Of a stretch of DNA of 64,000 nucleotides, positions 27,855 to 41,180 are shown piece by piece. The translations under genes were made by a program, and so were the position numbers. Positions within the stretch are counted from its first letter, which is position 1, and each line of letters opens with the position of its first letter. This stretch comes from Mytilus edulis (Eukaryota): the NCBI RefSeq assembly GCF_963676685.1, contig NC_092351.1, positions 32,426,001 through 32,490,000 on the forward strand, read 5' to 3'. The notes under the pieces were generated by a model. That model was not told the DNA's origin and made no database searches. It saw only the letters and a list, made by a program, of their open reading frames with translations.

Positions 27855-28378
27855 TATTATGCCTCATTTATGGGCATTATGTTTTCTGGTCTGTGCGTCC
27901 GTCCGTCCGTACGTCCGTGCGGCTTACCCGCTTCAGATTAAAGTTTTTGGTCGAGGTATTTTTTGATGAAGTTAAAGTCCAATCAACTTGAAACTTAGTT
28001 TATAAATTTTGAAATTATGAAGAAACTAAGGTTTCAACTCCCTCAGGCAAAGTTGACTTTAGATGAATTTGGCTATATATTTTAAATTAGGTATTTTTAT
28101 TGTCATATATAGCTCTTCAACGGGTTCGGTACTTATACATCTTCGGATTTCAAATGTTTGGCATTGAGCGTTCCTGATAAAGGTGAATCCAGAAAAGCGC
28201 TTCGAATGCATGCAATTATTAAACGTGTTGTTTTCAATTTTATGGTACACATGTTCCCTATAATATGAATTTTCTAATTTTAATGTCAAAATAGAGATTT
28301 TCCCCCATTTTCATGGTCCACTGAACATAGAAAATGATAACGGATGGGGCATCCGTGTACTGGGGACACTTTCTTGTT
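27855..28378 (+). mobile_element. HINE/Helentron-like element interrupted by a hammerhead-bearing repeat
   Basis: Head GGGCATTATGTTTTCTGGTCTGTGC(GTCC)n shared with 63893-64000 and, inverted, ~53340-53425; tail GGGGCATCCGTGT..ACAC. Confidence 0.65.
28168..28209 (+). ncRNA. Degenerate type I hammerhead relic (different family)
   Basis: GCGTTC-CTGATAA-AGGTGAATCCA-GAAA-AGCGCT-TC-GAATGC; CUGANGA box mutated. Confidence 0.55.
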
Positions 28379-28412
28379 TTTATTATTATTACTATTATTA
28401 ATTTTATTATAA

Positions 28413-28805
<393 letters not shown>

Positions 28806-29683
28806 TAGGTGAATATGTATCTGGGATGTAGAAATAGTTATAAAAAAAACGAAGCTAAAGATCTTGGCTTGATTGTTTAACGTGCAGTGGCAAATATTCC
28901 ATGCATGTTCCGTGCGTGAGCAAATAAAAAAAAAACAATAGGAAGGTCCTGAAATAAAGGCCGTCCAGAATAAAGGTAGGGAAATTTAGACTGCCACTTG
29001 GAAAATGAGGGTAAATTTGATAGGGACGGATATTCTGCCTTGTAATAGGCTACCTACATGTATGGACCACTCAAGAGGTTTACAAGGGTTCTTAACGTTC
29101 AGAAAGCGCGGTATTCTTTCTTAACGGGGCATCGGATTTAACGATGAAGATACCAGACAGAATCAAAATGCACAAGAAAAAACGACAACACCATTGCTCA
29201 TCAAAAAACTAAAAACTGAGCAACAACAACGATCATTGTGTCAAACCAACCTTACATATCTACAACTCCATTCTTAGTTAATTATGTTTGTGCGTTTTCA
29301 TATGTAAGGTCGGTAATTTTTTCCGGGCACTCTGGCTTTGCTCCACCAATAATAACCGACTTTACGATATAGTCAAAGTGACGCCAATCAATCAATTAAT
29401 CATACAATCTACACGTTTGACCTCTGACTGTTGATAAAAGTATTCTCAAAAACATGACAGGTTAAAAAGTATTATTTGAAGGGGGTTAAAATAACAAATG
29501 CAGCAAAACATTTGAAATTTTTCACACCTTGAGATAATCCATTATAGGAAAAAAGCCGAATTCATGGCCTGCCATCTCATCTATATAAGTGAGCATGTAA
29601 ATAAGGCCTAGAAATCACTGCATATTAATGAGATTATAAAATGTGCCTTATATGTAAATAAATGTTTTTCTACTCATTTTAAG

Positions 29684-29882
29684 ATCTAATGCTGGGAGAA
29701 TAGTTGGTGGAGCTTGGTGGTTTGTTGTGCTGATTACAATTTCATCTTATACAGCAAATCTAGCGGCATTTCTGACCATAGAAAAGCTACTTACCCCTAT
29801 CGAAGGCGTCGACGATTTGGCAAAGCAAACAGAAATCGCATATGGAACACTGGCATCAGGATCAACACAGGATTTTTTCCGT
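29684..29882 (+). CDS. iGluR exon, M3-S2 ([13 protein letters not shown]...[11 protein letters not shown]...GSTQDFFR)
   Basis: ttttaag acceptor, CGT|gtcagt donor; invariant SYTANLAAF gate. The ORF track shows a different frame here. Confidence 0.97.
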
Positions 29883-30361
29883 GTCAGTTGGTATTTCATT
29901 TAAAATTGTTTGTCTTTTTTATTACCATTATTTATTGTTCTGCAATCAATTAAACTGACAAAGAAAGTGTTAACCTAGTTAACAGCTATTAATAAATACA
30001 TGCATACATGTCCGTTCTCTGCCTCCTTTAAGGTCCGGTTTGATATTTTTTTTCCATGCAAACATATATTCTTTAATAGCAGGTTGGTCTATACAATTTT
30101 GCTTTTTACATTCTCATCAAGGGTTAAATTATAAAGACAAATGACGAATACGGGAATGTAACTCTGCTGAAACTTATTGCACATTGTAAATGCACATAAC
30201 TCAAGACATGTCTCTCTCAGAAAAAAAAAATCAATAGCAAAATTTTGCTCACTTTGACTGCATTCTTATTTTATGCGTATGCAGGTTATATATTAAATGT
30301 ATATTAAGAGATTTTCCTACTTTGCTGAGAAGATGAGCGACATATTCAGACATATAATATA

Positions 30362-30452
30362 AATACGGTATATATGGGGTCAGTAAATTCAATGAGAGCG
30401 AACGAAGCTCGAATCCCCATCCGGAATTTACTGACCCCATATATACCGTATT
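30362..30452. repeat. Fold-back palindrome
   Basis: Perfect arms AATACGGTATATATGGGGTCAGTAAATTC / GAATTTACTGACCCCATATATACCGTATT; core GAGC-GAACGAA-GCTC. Confidence 0.9.
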
Positions 30453-30790
30453 AGGTCACTAGCACACTATGTAACGAATTTATCTTACCGACTATCTTTA
30501 GTGTGAAATTTAGACTAGTTACTTATCAAAATGAGCAAGCCAGTCTTCAATACTATCAGCATTAAGAAACTACTTCCATTTATCCTACAAAAACAGATGC
30601 AAACAATAACAACTTGTTAGGTTTAAATGTGTTTTATGAATTCATTTACATTTTAATCATCAATTTTTTCGTCTGTTAAAACCTCTAAGAATTTTCTCAG
30701 TACCGTTTTGTTTTTATAAAGGGACGCAACACTACTACTAACCGTATATACAAGTACGTAACATCATTTTAATTTAATATTTTATTATAG

Positions 30791-31038
30791 AATTCCGAGG
30801 TGCCTGTATACCAAGCGATGTGGAATTACATGACTTCTGCCCAGCCAACGGGATTTGTTGATTCATCGAAAGAAGGGGTAGAACGTGTTCGTAATATGAA
30901 AGGAAAATATGCTTTCCTAATGGAATCCGTTTATAATGAATATTTCAATCATCAAGAACCATGCGATACCATGCAAGTTGGACCTAATCTTAATTCAAAA
31001 GGTTATGGCATCGCCACGTGGAAACGCTCTGGGTTAAG
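30791..31038 (+). CDS. iGluR exon, S2 (NSEVPVYQAMWNYM...FLMES...KGYGIATWKRSGLR)
   Basis: ttatag acceptor, AG|gtaatc donor; EGVERVR, PCDTMQVG. Confidence 0.97.
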
Positions 31039-31691
31039 GTAATCATAATGTTCCCTCTTTTAAATAGTTCAGGATTTGAAAAGAATTGCTGACAGTAACA
31101 CTAAAAACATTTCTACTGAAAAATAAAGGTTTGACCCTTAAAATCATATTAAATCGATTTTCTTGTGATTATGATTATAAAGAAAATATTGGATACTTGC
31201 ACAAGAACTTATTATGTATAATAATTAAGTATCATGTGTAGGTTTTTTTTTATGCTGTCAATTATCTCTGGCTGCTTAATACCTGTTGGGATTTTTTTGT
31301 CGATGTTTACTCCTCCTGACATTGATAAAACAGTATGTGAGATGATAGAGCGATGTTTTTTTATATAATTATTTTCAATGCATTTCCATTTCCTATGTAC
31401 GCTTTGTCATAACAGTTGTTAAATGATTTGTTGTATTAAATAATATCTGTGAGAATAGGTCAGCACTAAATCTTCTTTCCACGGTTGTGTTTTGTCTTTT
31501 AACGTGGGTTTTCTCTTCGCACATCAGCTGTGCGATTGCCGAATTTTAAATGATATTGTCATGGAAAGTTTAATGCATACGGAAAAGCTATCGGCGTTTA
31601 AGTGAGATATAGGTAGAAATATTTCAATACCATTTGCATTTCTGACTGCCTAAGAGGGGTCCCGCTCCAGTCATGCATCATTGGTTTCCTA

Positions 31692-32632
31692 CCCTTACCG
31701 AAAAAAACACCTGCGGCAAACAGTTTGCAGCAAACTTGCCGCAACCATTTTAACATGAAAATGAAGTTTGCGGCTAGCTTGCTGCAAACATAATTATGCA
31801 AATTATATTTGCCGCAAGCTTTCGCTTGTTTGCTGCAAGCTTGCGGCAATTGTTTGTTGCAAAATTTGCGGCAAACTTGCAGGAACTACACATATACTTA
31901 TGTCATGTGTGAAGACAGTCACATCCAATTTATTTATTTAAAAAAAAACAAGGTAAAATCTCAAATGTGTATTGAGACTATAAAGCTAGGTAATAATTGC
32001 ATTACAGAATCTCACTTAATCTTAATAAACATGATCATGATGGTGCAGTGCATCAGTTACAAATTCAAACTTATAATGGCTTAAGTTTTTCAATAACACA
32101 TACATGTATATATAGTTGCTTACTTAATTATGTATGATGATAACATTAATTATTTCATTAAAACATGAAGTTCTATGAATCATTTGTACTTACAAAATTA
32201 CATACTGATTATCCCATATTATTGAACCAAAATGCCTCCTTGATCTCCTATATGTAAAATGCATTTCCAAACACAACCAACATGACCTAGCCACAATTTC
32301 AAATTGTTAGCATCCAGGAAGGGCCAACTAGGCATGCCCAGTCAATATTGTGTAATTCCTGCAATGATCTGGCAAACATATAGAATGGTCAAAGTTTTCT
32401 GCAATCTTGCGGCAAACGTTCTTTATTATTTTAAACTTTCTGGCAATCTTACGGCAAAAATTGATGTTTCTGCAAACTTGCCGCAAGCTTGCAGCAATGT
32501 TTGCCGGAAGTTTGCAGCTACCGGCAAACATCTACAAACACTGTTTTCTGTGTTCCTGCAAACTTTTTGTTTGCCGCAAGCTTGCAGCAAATCTGCTGCA
32601 AGTTTGCGGCAAATAATTAAGTTTCATAGGGG
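31692..32632. mobile_element. EnSpm-like non-autonomous element
   Basis: TA|CCC...GGG|TA ends; many subterminal TTGCCGCAA/TTGCAGCAA motifs in both orientations. Confidence 0.7.
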
Positions 32633-32718
32633 TATATAATCAACAAATTGTTCCCACAAAGGGCAGAGGGGTGGGTCCGAGCCCCTGAAAAACCCTCTTA
32701 ATTCGCCTCGGCATGTAA

Positions 32719-32795
32719 TCTTTTACAAAAAATTCATCCTACAGCAGTTTACATACCAAGCTCTCAATGCCCGCGATTTCGCGGGTGTGTTCTAG
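32719..32795 (+). mobile_element. Helitron 3'-end fragment
   Basis: CCCGCGATTTCGCGGG hairpin then TGTGTTCTAG|T. Confidence 0.75.
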
Positions 32796-32906
32796 TTGGT
32801 ATTTAAGTTTAGAAGCTCCTGGACTATGTGTTCATTATTTAAACCTCACCACATGTTTAATATTGTGTTGTAAATCATTTTACGTCGTAACGAAAATATT
32901 TTACAG

Positions 32907-33018
32907 GGATCAGATATCAATAGCTGTCCTTAAACTTAAAGAGAATGGGATGTTGATTAAATTGAAAAACCAATGGTGGATTGAAAAGGGTGGATGTGGA
33001 GTCCAGGAAACACATTCG
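32907..33018 (+). CDS. iGluR exon equivalent to flip/flop (DQISIAVLKLKENG...WWIEKGGC)
   Basis: ttacag acceptor, TCG|gtaacg donor; AVLKLxExG, LKNxWW, GxC. Confidence 0.95.
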
Positions 33019-33037
33019 GTAACGTAATAAATTGATA

Positions 33038-33245
33038 CTGTGGATTCATTTATTTTCTTGAATACCTATTTTCGTGGTTTGGGAAGAACTTGCATTTTCG
33101 TGGATATTTGATTTCGTGGTTTTGTCAAGGTCTGCATACATTCTATTAGAAAATTTGTAATTTGTTGTACATTGGAATTCGTGTTTTCTGGGTAACCACG
33201 AAATACACGAAAATTGGTATCCAACGAATAATAACAAATCCACAG
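33038..33245. mobile_element. Tc1/mariner-type MITE
   Basis: TA|CTGTGGATT...AATCCACAG|TA; starts 20 nt after the donor at 33018. Confidence 0.8.
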
Positions 33246-33556
33246 TAATACAAAAGAATTTAAATCAAACAGTGAATGCTACACACAATTGCTATTCTAA
33301 ACTATACATGTTTCTAAGATTCTTTTAATCGTCTGTGTTGTGTGATATTTTAGTTTTATTGTTCCTCAACTTTAACTTTATCTAATTAAAGAGCAGATGA
33401 GAAATTTCTTTTCAAAAAGCCAATTTATTTCCCTCAAATTATCTTTGGTATTTGTAATTGTATGTTATATGATACTTCTTCAGCAATGCTGCAAACACGA
33501 GGAAATACAAACTAAAAAAAAAAGGAGTTTTGTATATTTCCATTTTTCCATATCAG

Positions 33557-34473
33557 TCTATACTATTAAACGAGAAGACCTCATTTTTGGTGTCGCTTCT
33601 CTTCTTTCCACAATAAATTAATCAACACGACTCTGTGTCCTATATATACAGTGCATAGTCGCATTTGTCATCCATTCGTATGTTTATTCAGATTGAGTTA
33701 TTTTGAGAGAAAAACGAGAAAAAAGGCATCCGGATATTGTCCCGTCACTGGACGAAATTTTAAGTCAGATTATACTTCCGGTTTGCGTTTTTCTGTATAC
33801 TTTGAACAAACAAATAGTACAAATAAAGTGTATTTTAATTCTGTTCAGAGTTTATTAAATGGAGAGGGTCTGTATACTATGTCAATTGACCACCATGGAT
33901 CGATTACTAAACTAAGAATTGAAAGTAAATACACTTTATTTATATAGTAATATACAGATAAGCGCTAAAATTATTCATGTGAACTTTTGATACCTTTTCT
34001 GAAATCTCCATTCATTAAATATTTTACAAAATTCATTGATTACAAAAAAAAGATGTGGTATGATTACCATATTGAGACAACTCTCCACAAGAGACCAAAA
34101 TGACACAGAAATTTACGACTATAGGTCACCGTACGGCCTTCAACAACGAGCAAAGCCCATACCGCATACTCACCTTTAAAAAGCCCCGAAATGACGATGT
34201 AAAAATATTCAAACGAGAAAACTAACGGCCTTATTTATGTACAAAAAAGGAACGAAAAACAAATATGTAACACACAAACAAACGACAACCACTGAACTAC
34301 AGGCTTCTTACTTAAATGTTCATAACATACTAAATGTATGTTCATATTGAAATTGATAGAAAACCAAAAATTGGGAATTTTGGAAATGAAGGAGGAGGTA
34401 TAAAACTTCTAACAACACTTTACATACTTTTAACTCCGCTCTGAATGCCCGCGATTTCGCGGGTGTGTTCTAG
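33557..34473 (+). mobile_element. Non-autonomous Helitron
   Basis: 5' TCTATACTATTAAACGAGAAGACC; 3' hairpin + CTAG|T; no TSD. Confidence 0.88.
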
Positions 34474-34603
34474 TATTATATTAACTCTTTATATAGAATT
34501 TTGATTTGTACATATATATGTCCATTTAATATATAAATAAAACCGTGACCTGATTGTAATACATGTAATTCTTTGATTTTTATACTATTTTCCTTTTTTC
34601 TAG

Positions 34604-34738
34604 AAGTCTAAGAAACGATCATTATCGTTAAATAAAGTCGCAGGAGTTTTCTTCATTCTCATTGGTGGACTTGTATTTGCAATTGTTGTTGGTGTCATTC
34701 ATTTCCATAAAACAAAGACCAAAGTTCAAAAGTTAGGC
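34604..34738 (+). CDS. iGluR exon, M4 (KSKKRSLSLNKVAGVFFILIGGLVFAIVVGVIHF...)
   Basis: ttctag acceptor, GGC|gtaagt donor; LSLxxVAGVFxILxGG motif. Absent from ORF track. Confidence 0.95.
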
Positions 34739-35340
34739 GTAAGTTTAACATATTTGTATAACTTTTGTACATCGTTTTTGTCCCCAAGTAACGCGTCTGT
34801 GTGTACGTAACATGTAAAATATCCTTGTTAGCGCTACAAAAAAGTGTATCATTTAGTTATTTACCTTGTACCTTGGATAGATAAAATATGTGCAACGTGG
34901 GGGACATTGAAACTCTTTGGCCAGAATGACACGTACACACTTTCACTTCAATGCACACAATATCGCACATGTTTCACTATTTTTTGGGGATTTAGTTTTA
35001 CCTACCGGGTATCAAATATTACCGTATATCGTCATACAATCTGTCTTGTTTTCATCTGTTCTGACATCTTTACCACTGCACGGACATACATTATTCAACT
35101 TTTAATATTTCAAACCAAATTATATCTTTTAAACAATTTCCTGTCTATAGAGTTATGATATCGTTGATATGACCAATGATAATCTGTTTATCGCTATTTA
35201 ACCTATGACGACGTTGTTAATTTCATTGACAACGGGTACGTGCGCCCTTAATTTCTAGCAATACCCTTTCATACCACTCTACTGTGCCGAGAAAGGAAAT
35301 TATCATTATACAATATACTGCAATTATTTTATATTTGCAG

Positions 35341-35461
35341 GGTTTATATTTTTTCGGAAATGACATGAAATGTACAGCTAACATTGAGTATACACGATGT
35401 CCAACTGAGAGCACGAATGGGCGTGTCGTAACAAACGGTCGTTCAAATGGAGAAAAACCTC

Positions 35462-35463
<2 letters not shown>
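35341..35463 (+). CDS. iGluR cytoplasmic-tail exon (GLYFFGNDMK...GEKPQ)
   Basis: ttgcag acceptor, open phase-0 frame, CAG|gtatat donor; no homology motif. Confidence 0.65.

Positions 35464-35464
<1 letters not shown>

Positions 35465-35540
<76 letters not shown>
35465..35540. repeat. (TA)38 microsatellite
   Basis: Begins within the GT donor of exon 35341-35463. Confidence 0.95.
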
Positions 35541-35544
<4 letters not shown>

Positions 35545-36179
35545 TCATATCACTATCTCATTAATGGTATTGGTCCGAGACCACAATTATATCGTAGTGC
35601 ATTTCTTTTAGAACATAAATGAAAATTAAAAAAAATCCCACCTGCGTTTTCTCAATGACATTTTTACAGTGTGTTGTACTACTTTTGGGACAAATTATAT
35701 CAAAATTATAGATAACTTCATCGGCTCTAACTCAAAATATGGACAATTTTATGTTTAGGGCGTCTTGAAATCTTTTGACAGCTTCCGAATTGCTAATGTT
35801 TAAGCTTATTCAGCTGGACCAAACTACTTTCCTCAAAAATAAGGAACCCAAATTTTGGAATAGTCTAATTCAGATTCACTTGTAAAGACCATAAGGTTAA
35901 TATTGAATTATCTTATTTGTATCTATAGCTTATAAGTTTATTTCCCGTTTGAATAGTTTTACACTACTGTATAGTAATTTTTGGGGGCCCTTTATAGCTT
36001 TCTGTTCGATGTGAGCCGAGGCTCCGCGTTGAAGACCGTATTTTGACCGATAAAGGTTTTTCTTTTACAAATTGTGACTTGGATAGAGAGTTGTCTCATC
36101 GGCATCTTCTTATATCTATTAAGTATTCGCTGAAAAGTTGTATTCATTTTGGATGATTTTGTGTAATTCGCTTTTACAG

Positions 36180-36236
36180 ACGAAACACTCGTGTTGTCCC
36201 AGGTGCTTTAAACATTGGATAGTGTATGAATTATAA
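36180..36236 (+). CDS. Candidate last iGluR exon (TKHSCCPRCFKHWIVYEL*)
   Basis: cttttacag acceptor, phase 0, TAA at 36234-36236; alternative acceptor at 36273. Confidence 0.4.
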   Translation, partial: TKHSCCPRCFKHWIVYEL

Positions 36237-38947
36237 GCCTAGTATCTACGATAATTTTTTTATTATTACTTAGGCAGGTTGGCATGAAAATGACGAACTT
36301 GGAGTACCTAACCTGGATCATCACGTGTGTCAATCAATAGATAATTCTGTGCACAGAAACAGACACGAGCCTGTACAACGATTATCTGCCAAGAAAAAGT
36401 CATGAAGCAAGAGGTCACGTGATAGTATGTGAGTGAATACATACACACTTTAAACACACAGTCTGATATGGTTTGAGGATTATGGTAGTCTGGTGGTGCT
36501 AAAGCATATGAGTTGTGTTCATTGTATACAAATGTATGACATTTCCCATTTAACAAGATGTTGAATTTTTTAGATGATACGAACATATACAATAAATTTC
36601 TTTGTTATGCTGCATGTATATATCTATGAAGCTGCAGTAAAAAAATATTTTTGAAGTACTGCAGCTGATGTCTTCGTGTAAAAATTAAGAACAAAGATAA
36701 TTGTTGTCTCGACTAGCTTTTAGAAGATTTTTCATAATACACTCTTATATTTATATTGATTTTTTTTTAAAGGTGCTGTTTTTGTAGCGATTTTGATAGA
36801 TTAATTAGGAGATAACTATGGTGTATTTTAAGCTTGTCCTTCGTAAAACGTAGATTTTACTGTCGTTAATTGAGTTTAGCCTGCGATGCGTTGCGGAGCT
36901 AGGTAAACGGATATTTGCGACGAAGGCCAAGCTTAAAATACAATACAATACAGTTATCTCCATTATAATGCAGAATATTAAAATAAATACCATTTAACAA
37001 CTATTTTGGCGTAAAATGACATAAATGAAAAAGTCCGCGAAAGTGCATTATCTTAAGCAACTAAACAATTTGACGTTATATTTATACTCACCATGTAAAA
37101 CATACATTCTAGACGTGTGTATACCTTTCTTACGCTTCAGAATGACAAAAAGAACATTTTGGGGTTCAACATGTGACTTTCATGTTTATTTTGTGAGAAT
37201 TTACATTTGAAATCAAAATGGTAGCTTTCTTAGCTACGGGCTGGTAGAACGTGGAATTCACACCTTTAAAATATTTGTCAATCGTTACGTCTAATGAAAA
37301 TTATCGTTACAAACGAATTGCTTTAAAATTTATATTTTACTTGTACTAAACATTTTTTCAAGGTATAAACACGTCTTTGTAAAATATTTATGTATCATTT
37401 GGTTTATTAAGTATTAATTCGTTATAAGTTTTGGAATCTCAGCATATATTTTGGTCTCCAGCATTACTGAAAATACAGGATTGTATTGTCGAAATGCGCA
37501 TCTGGCGCAACCAACATTGTTACAGTAAATGTTATTATGAACACAAGTGCTAGTTATGATATAAGGCAGTGTCTAGTTTATTTGCTTGCACTAAGTGTAA
37601 ATTAATGTTTATAAACTATAATTTTGCAATAATTTTGATTTTATTAAATTCTATATACAGTACATTTTTGAACTCGTTATTCTGACTCAGAATATCGAAA
37701 AAAAAGATATACATGTATGTAGCATTTATACTTCCAGCAAAACATAAACTCTTAATTAAAAATTTGTCTAATCAAATACACTAAATAACACCATTGATAT
37801 ACATTTTATATTTCAGAAATCATTTAATCTCAATATGCACATTGAGAAAAAACAAATGTTATTAATAGGATTAAAAAATAAAAGAAGACGTTGTGATAAA
37901 TGTTAATGAGACAACAAGCCAACGAGAAGTGCTGTAAAATTGTGAACGAAAATCAGCAAACGGCTGAATTGAGTGACAAGAAAATGAAAAAGAACTACCT
38001 ACTTCAGTCATTTTATATTACAATGTAGATACCTAACATTACAATTCGAACAACTATACTAGTTTAAGAGCGGTACAGAAAATTAAAATGGATTTATACA
38101 TGTAACGTTAGCACAAGCGCCTCACACTCAAAGCGCTAGCAGAACCAAAGCGTGTACAACCCTATATATACATAAAGAAGCATTCGAGATGTGGTATGAA
38201 TGCCAATAAGACAACTCTCTATCCAAGCTACTGGTATCATAGATTTCTTTTTTTAAATAAATTATTGGAAATTAGGAAAATGATTGACTGGGTTTACCTC
38301 CTGTAAATATAGCATACTTGCTACCATTTTTCTGTGTTTAGTAATACACTGTAGTGTTGTATTCATGGGTCCTAATGGTTACACTTAAGTATAATTTGAT
38401 TGTAGCAAAACGTGTTTTACGCTGTAGAAAATGTTGAGTAGATAAAGACCTTTGGTTAGAAAGTCAGAGGCCGGATCGAAGGTCATAGAAGTGTTTGTGA
38501 GATATTCTCGTGTTCATTAAGGGGAACCTTTAGGGAATACCCATATACAGGACATATTGTATTCGCCCAGGAGTATAGAAAAAAGTAAAATCACAAAAAT
38601 ACTGAACTTCGAAATTCAAAACGGAGAGTCCCTTATCAAATGGCAAAATCCAACACATCAAACGAATGAACAACAACTGTCATATTCCTGACTTGGTACA
38701 GGCATTTTCTTATGTAGAAAAATGATGGATTGACCCTGGTTTTATAGCTAGCTAAACCTCTCACTTGTATCACAGTGGCATCAAATTCCATTATATTGAC
38801 AACGATTCGTTAACAAAACAAACAGACATAATAGGTAGAAGTGACAAATGATAACCATTTGGGTTCGGTAAATGTTCTTATGTAAAAGACCAGTTTATAA
38901 ACATGCTAATGATATTTTAATACGGAGTGGCTATTCATCAGGCAAGA

Positions 38948-41180
38948 TTTTTTATATGCGCCTCGACAAAATATCGGGGGTCATATTAATTTACACCTGT
39001 CCGTCAGTTCTTTTGTCCAGAGTAAGATACATTCTCACTCCTTCTACAGTTTTGGAGGTACAACTTTAATATTTTACTCATATTCATAATGAAGGTGTAC
39101 ATGGCCACAGGATTTAAATATTTTTCAAATATTCTGACAATTGAATGTAGTTGGACTTAGTCATTGTTTTGGTACAAGCTGCATAAAGATATTATGGTTT
39201 GTCTAGCTATCTTCTCCTACAGTTTTAGAGATACTGCTTTAATACTTGTATTATGTAAGATGTTCAAACAAATAATAGAGGTGTGGATTTTGATATCTTT
39301 TAACTATTCTGAAAATTACAGATAGTTGTATTAAGTCATTTTGTTGGTACTAGCTGCATACAGACATCATGGTTTGGTCGGCTAAAGTCCCTACAGATTT
39401 AGAGGTACAGCTTTAATATCTAATAGGATGTTTATACACCTAATGAAGGTGTGCATGGCCACAGGATTTTTTTTTCCTTCTCAAATGATAGAAAGTTTGA
39501 CTTAGTAATTGTCCTTGGTATAAGCTGCCTAAATATACCAACGATTGTCCGGCTGTCTCCTCCTTCAGCGTTTAATACAAGGTACAGCTTTAATATTTCG
39601 TCAGTGAGGCCAATTTCTATTATATTCACAATTGTCTATGAAGTCAATTTTTATTATATTCAGAATTGTCACTAGGACAAATTTACATTATACTATCAGA
39701 ATTGTCACTGAGGCCAATTTTCTATTATATTCAAAATTGACAGTAGGCCAATTTTCATTATCTGGGGCAAATTTCTAGTGTTCTAGCTATTATAGCTTGC
39801 ATGTATCAATTATACATCTTGTCACCATTTGGGTATTTTTGTATTTTGTAAATAAGGTTAATTGTGTGTTTCTTGAACAAGAATTTTATAGTGTGTTTCA
39901 ATGCTTTTTTATAACAAAATTCATACTGTAGATTATTGTATAAGTTATAGATTTATTGTAGTCCAATTTTGAACAAATTGTAATTTATAAAAGCACTCTT
40001 TGTTCAAATTACAACTTGTACGACTTTTTTTGTACAAAATGATGACTTGTTCACAACATAAACATATAATGAAGGTGGGCATGGTCACAGAATTTGGATT
40101 TCTTTGAATTATCCTGAAAATGACAGAAAGTTGGATTTAGTCATTTTGTTGGTACTAGCTGCATAAAGACATCGTGGTTTCTTCAGCTGTCTTCTACAGA
40201 TTTAGAGGTAGAGCTTAAATGTTTAATATGATATTAATACGCACAAGGAAGGTGTGCATGGCCACAGGAATTTGATTTCTTTTAAATATTCTGAAAATGA
40301 CAGTTAGTTGGACATAGTCATTGCTTTTTTGGTACTAGCAGCATAAAGATATCATGATATATCCGTCTATATCCTCTTACAGTTGTGGATACACAGCTTT
40401 AATATTTTGTAGGAAGTCATAGACACAATAAAAATGTCAATGGGCACTTTATTTTGTTTGTTCTTAAATATTCTGAAAATAACGAGTTCATCCCTTTTTA
40501 AATTCAAACTGACCATTTTTCGTGCTTTCATCGTGTATCATGAGTGCTGTGTGCGTGTATCGTGCGTGTACCAATCGTGCGCTCATCAATCACATTTCGT
40601 GAGTTGTTCGTTCAACGTGCGTTCATTCATCGCTCATTCATTCTTAACCGTGTAACGTGCGCCCATCCATCATTCATTCTCAACCGTGTATCGTGGGTTC
40701 ATCAATCAGTCAGGCTTATAACCGTGTTACGTGCATTTGTCAATCGTTCATCCTTAATCGTGTAACGTTCGTTCATTGTAGTTTTTATATTGATAGTTGG
40801 TTGTAGAGCTCATCCAAACTCATATTTAATCTGTAAATGTGTATATATATTCCGCATTTAGATAAAATTGAAAATCTTATTTACTTTCTTGTGTACTCTT
40901 AGTTAACTTCATCGTACATAACGTTGTTTTTTTTTTACTTTCTTGACTTTTGATGTTAAATTTATTTATCGTCTGTAAATTTTTCGTGTTTATTCAGTGA
41001 TTCTTAGCTGAGACTGGCATATTTTAATATGACTATACATATTCTACGTTTTTAAAGCTGCATAAAGAGATTATGGTTTGTCCGGCTATCTTATCCTACA
41101 GTTAAATCATCATATACAGTGTTTAATTTATAACTTCAGATGGTCAGGCGGGGGCATTATTCATCTCTTACAGAAAACGT
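38948..41180 (+). mobile_element. HINE-like element carrying degenerate ~170-185 bp tandem units
   Basis: Recurrent GAAGGTGTGCATGGCCACAGGA...TTGGACTTAGTCATT...GCTGCATAAAGA...CCTACAG; GTCCGTC head and GGCGGGGGCATT tail; boundaries approximate. Confidence 0.55.

Noticed and set aside
29714-29953. ORF-track 79-aa peptide
   Set aside because: Wrong frame over the M3 exon
31598-32639. Overlapping Cys/Ala/Lys-rich short ORFs
   Set aside because: Produced by TTGCCGCAA subterminal repeats of a MITE
35284-35622. 112-aa ORF with poly(YI) as a separate gene
   Set aside because: It is an iGluR exon read through a (TA)n microsatellite
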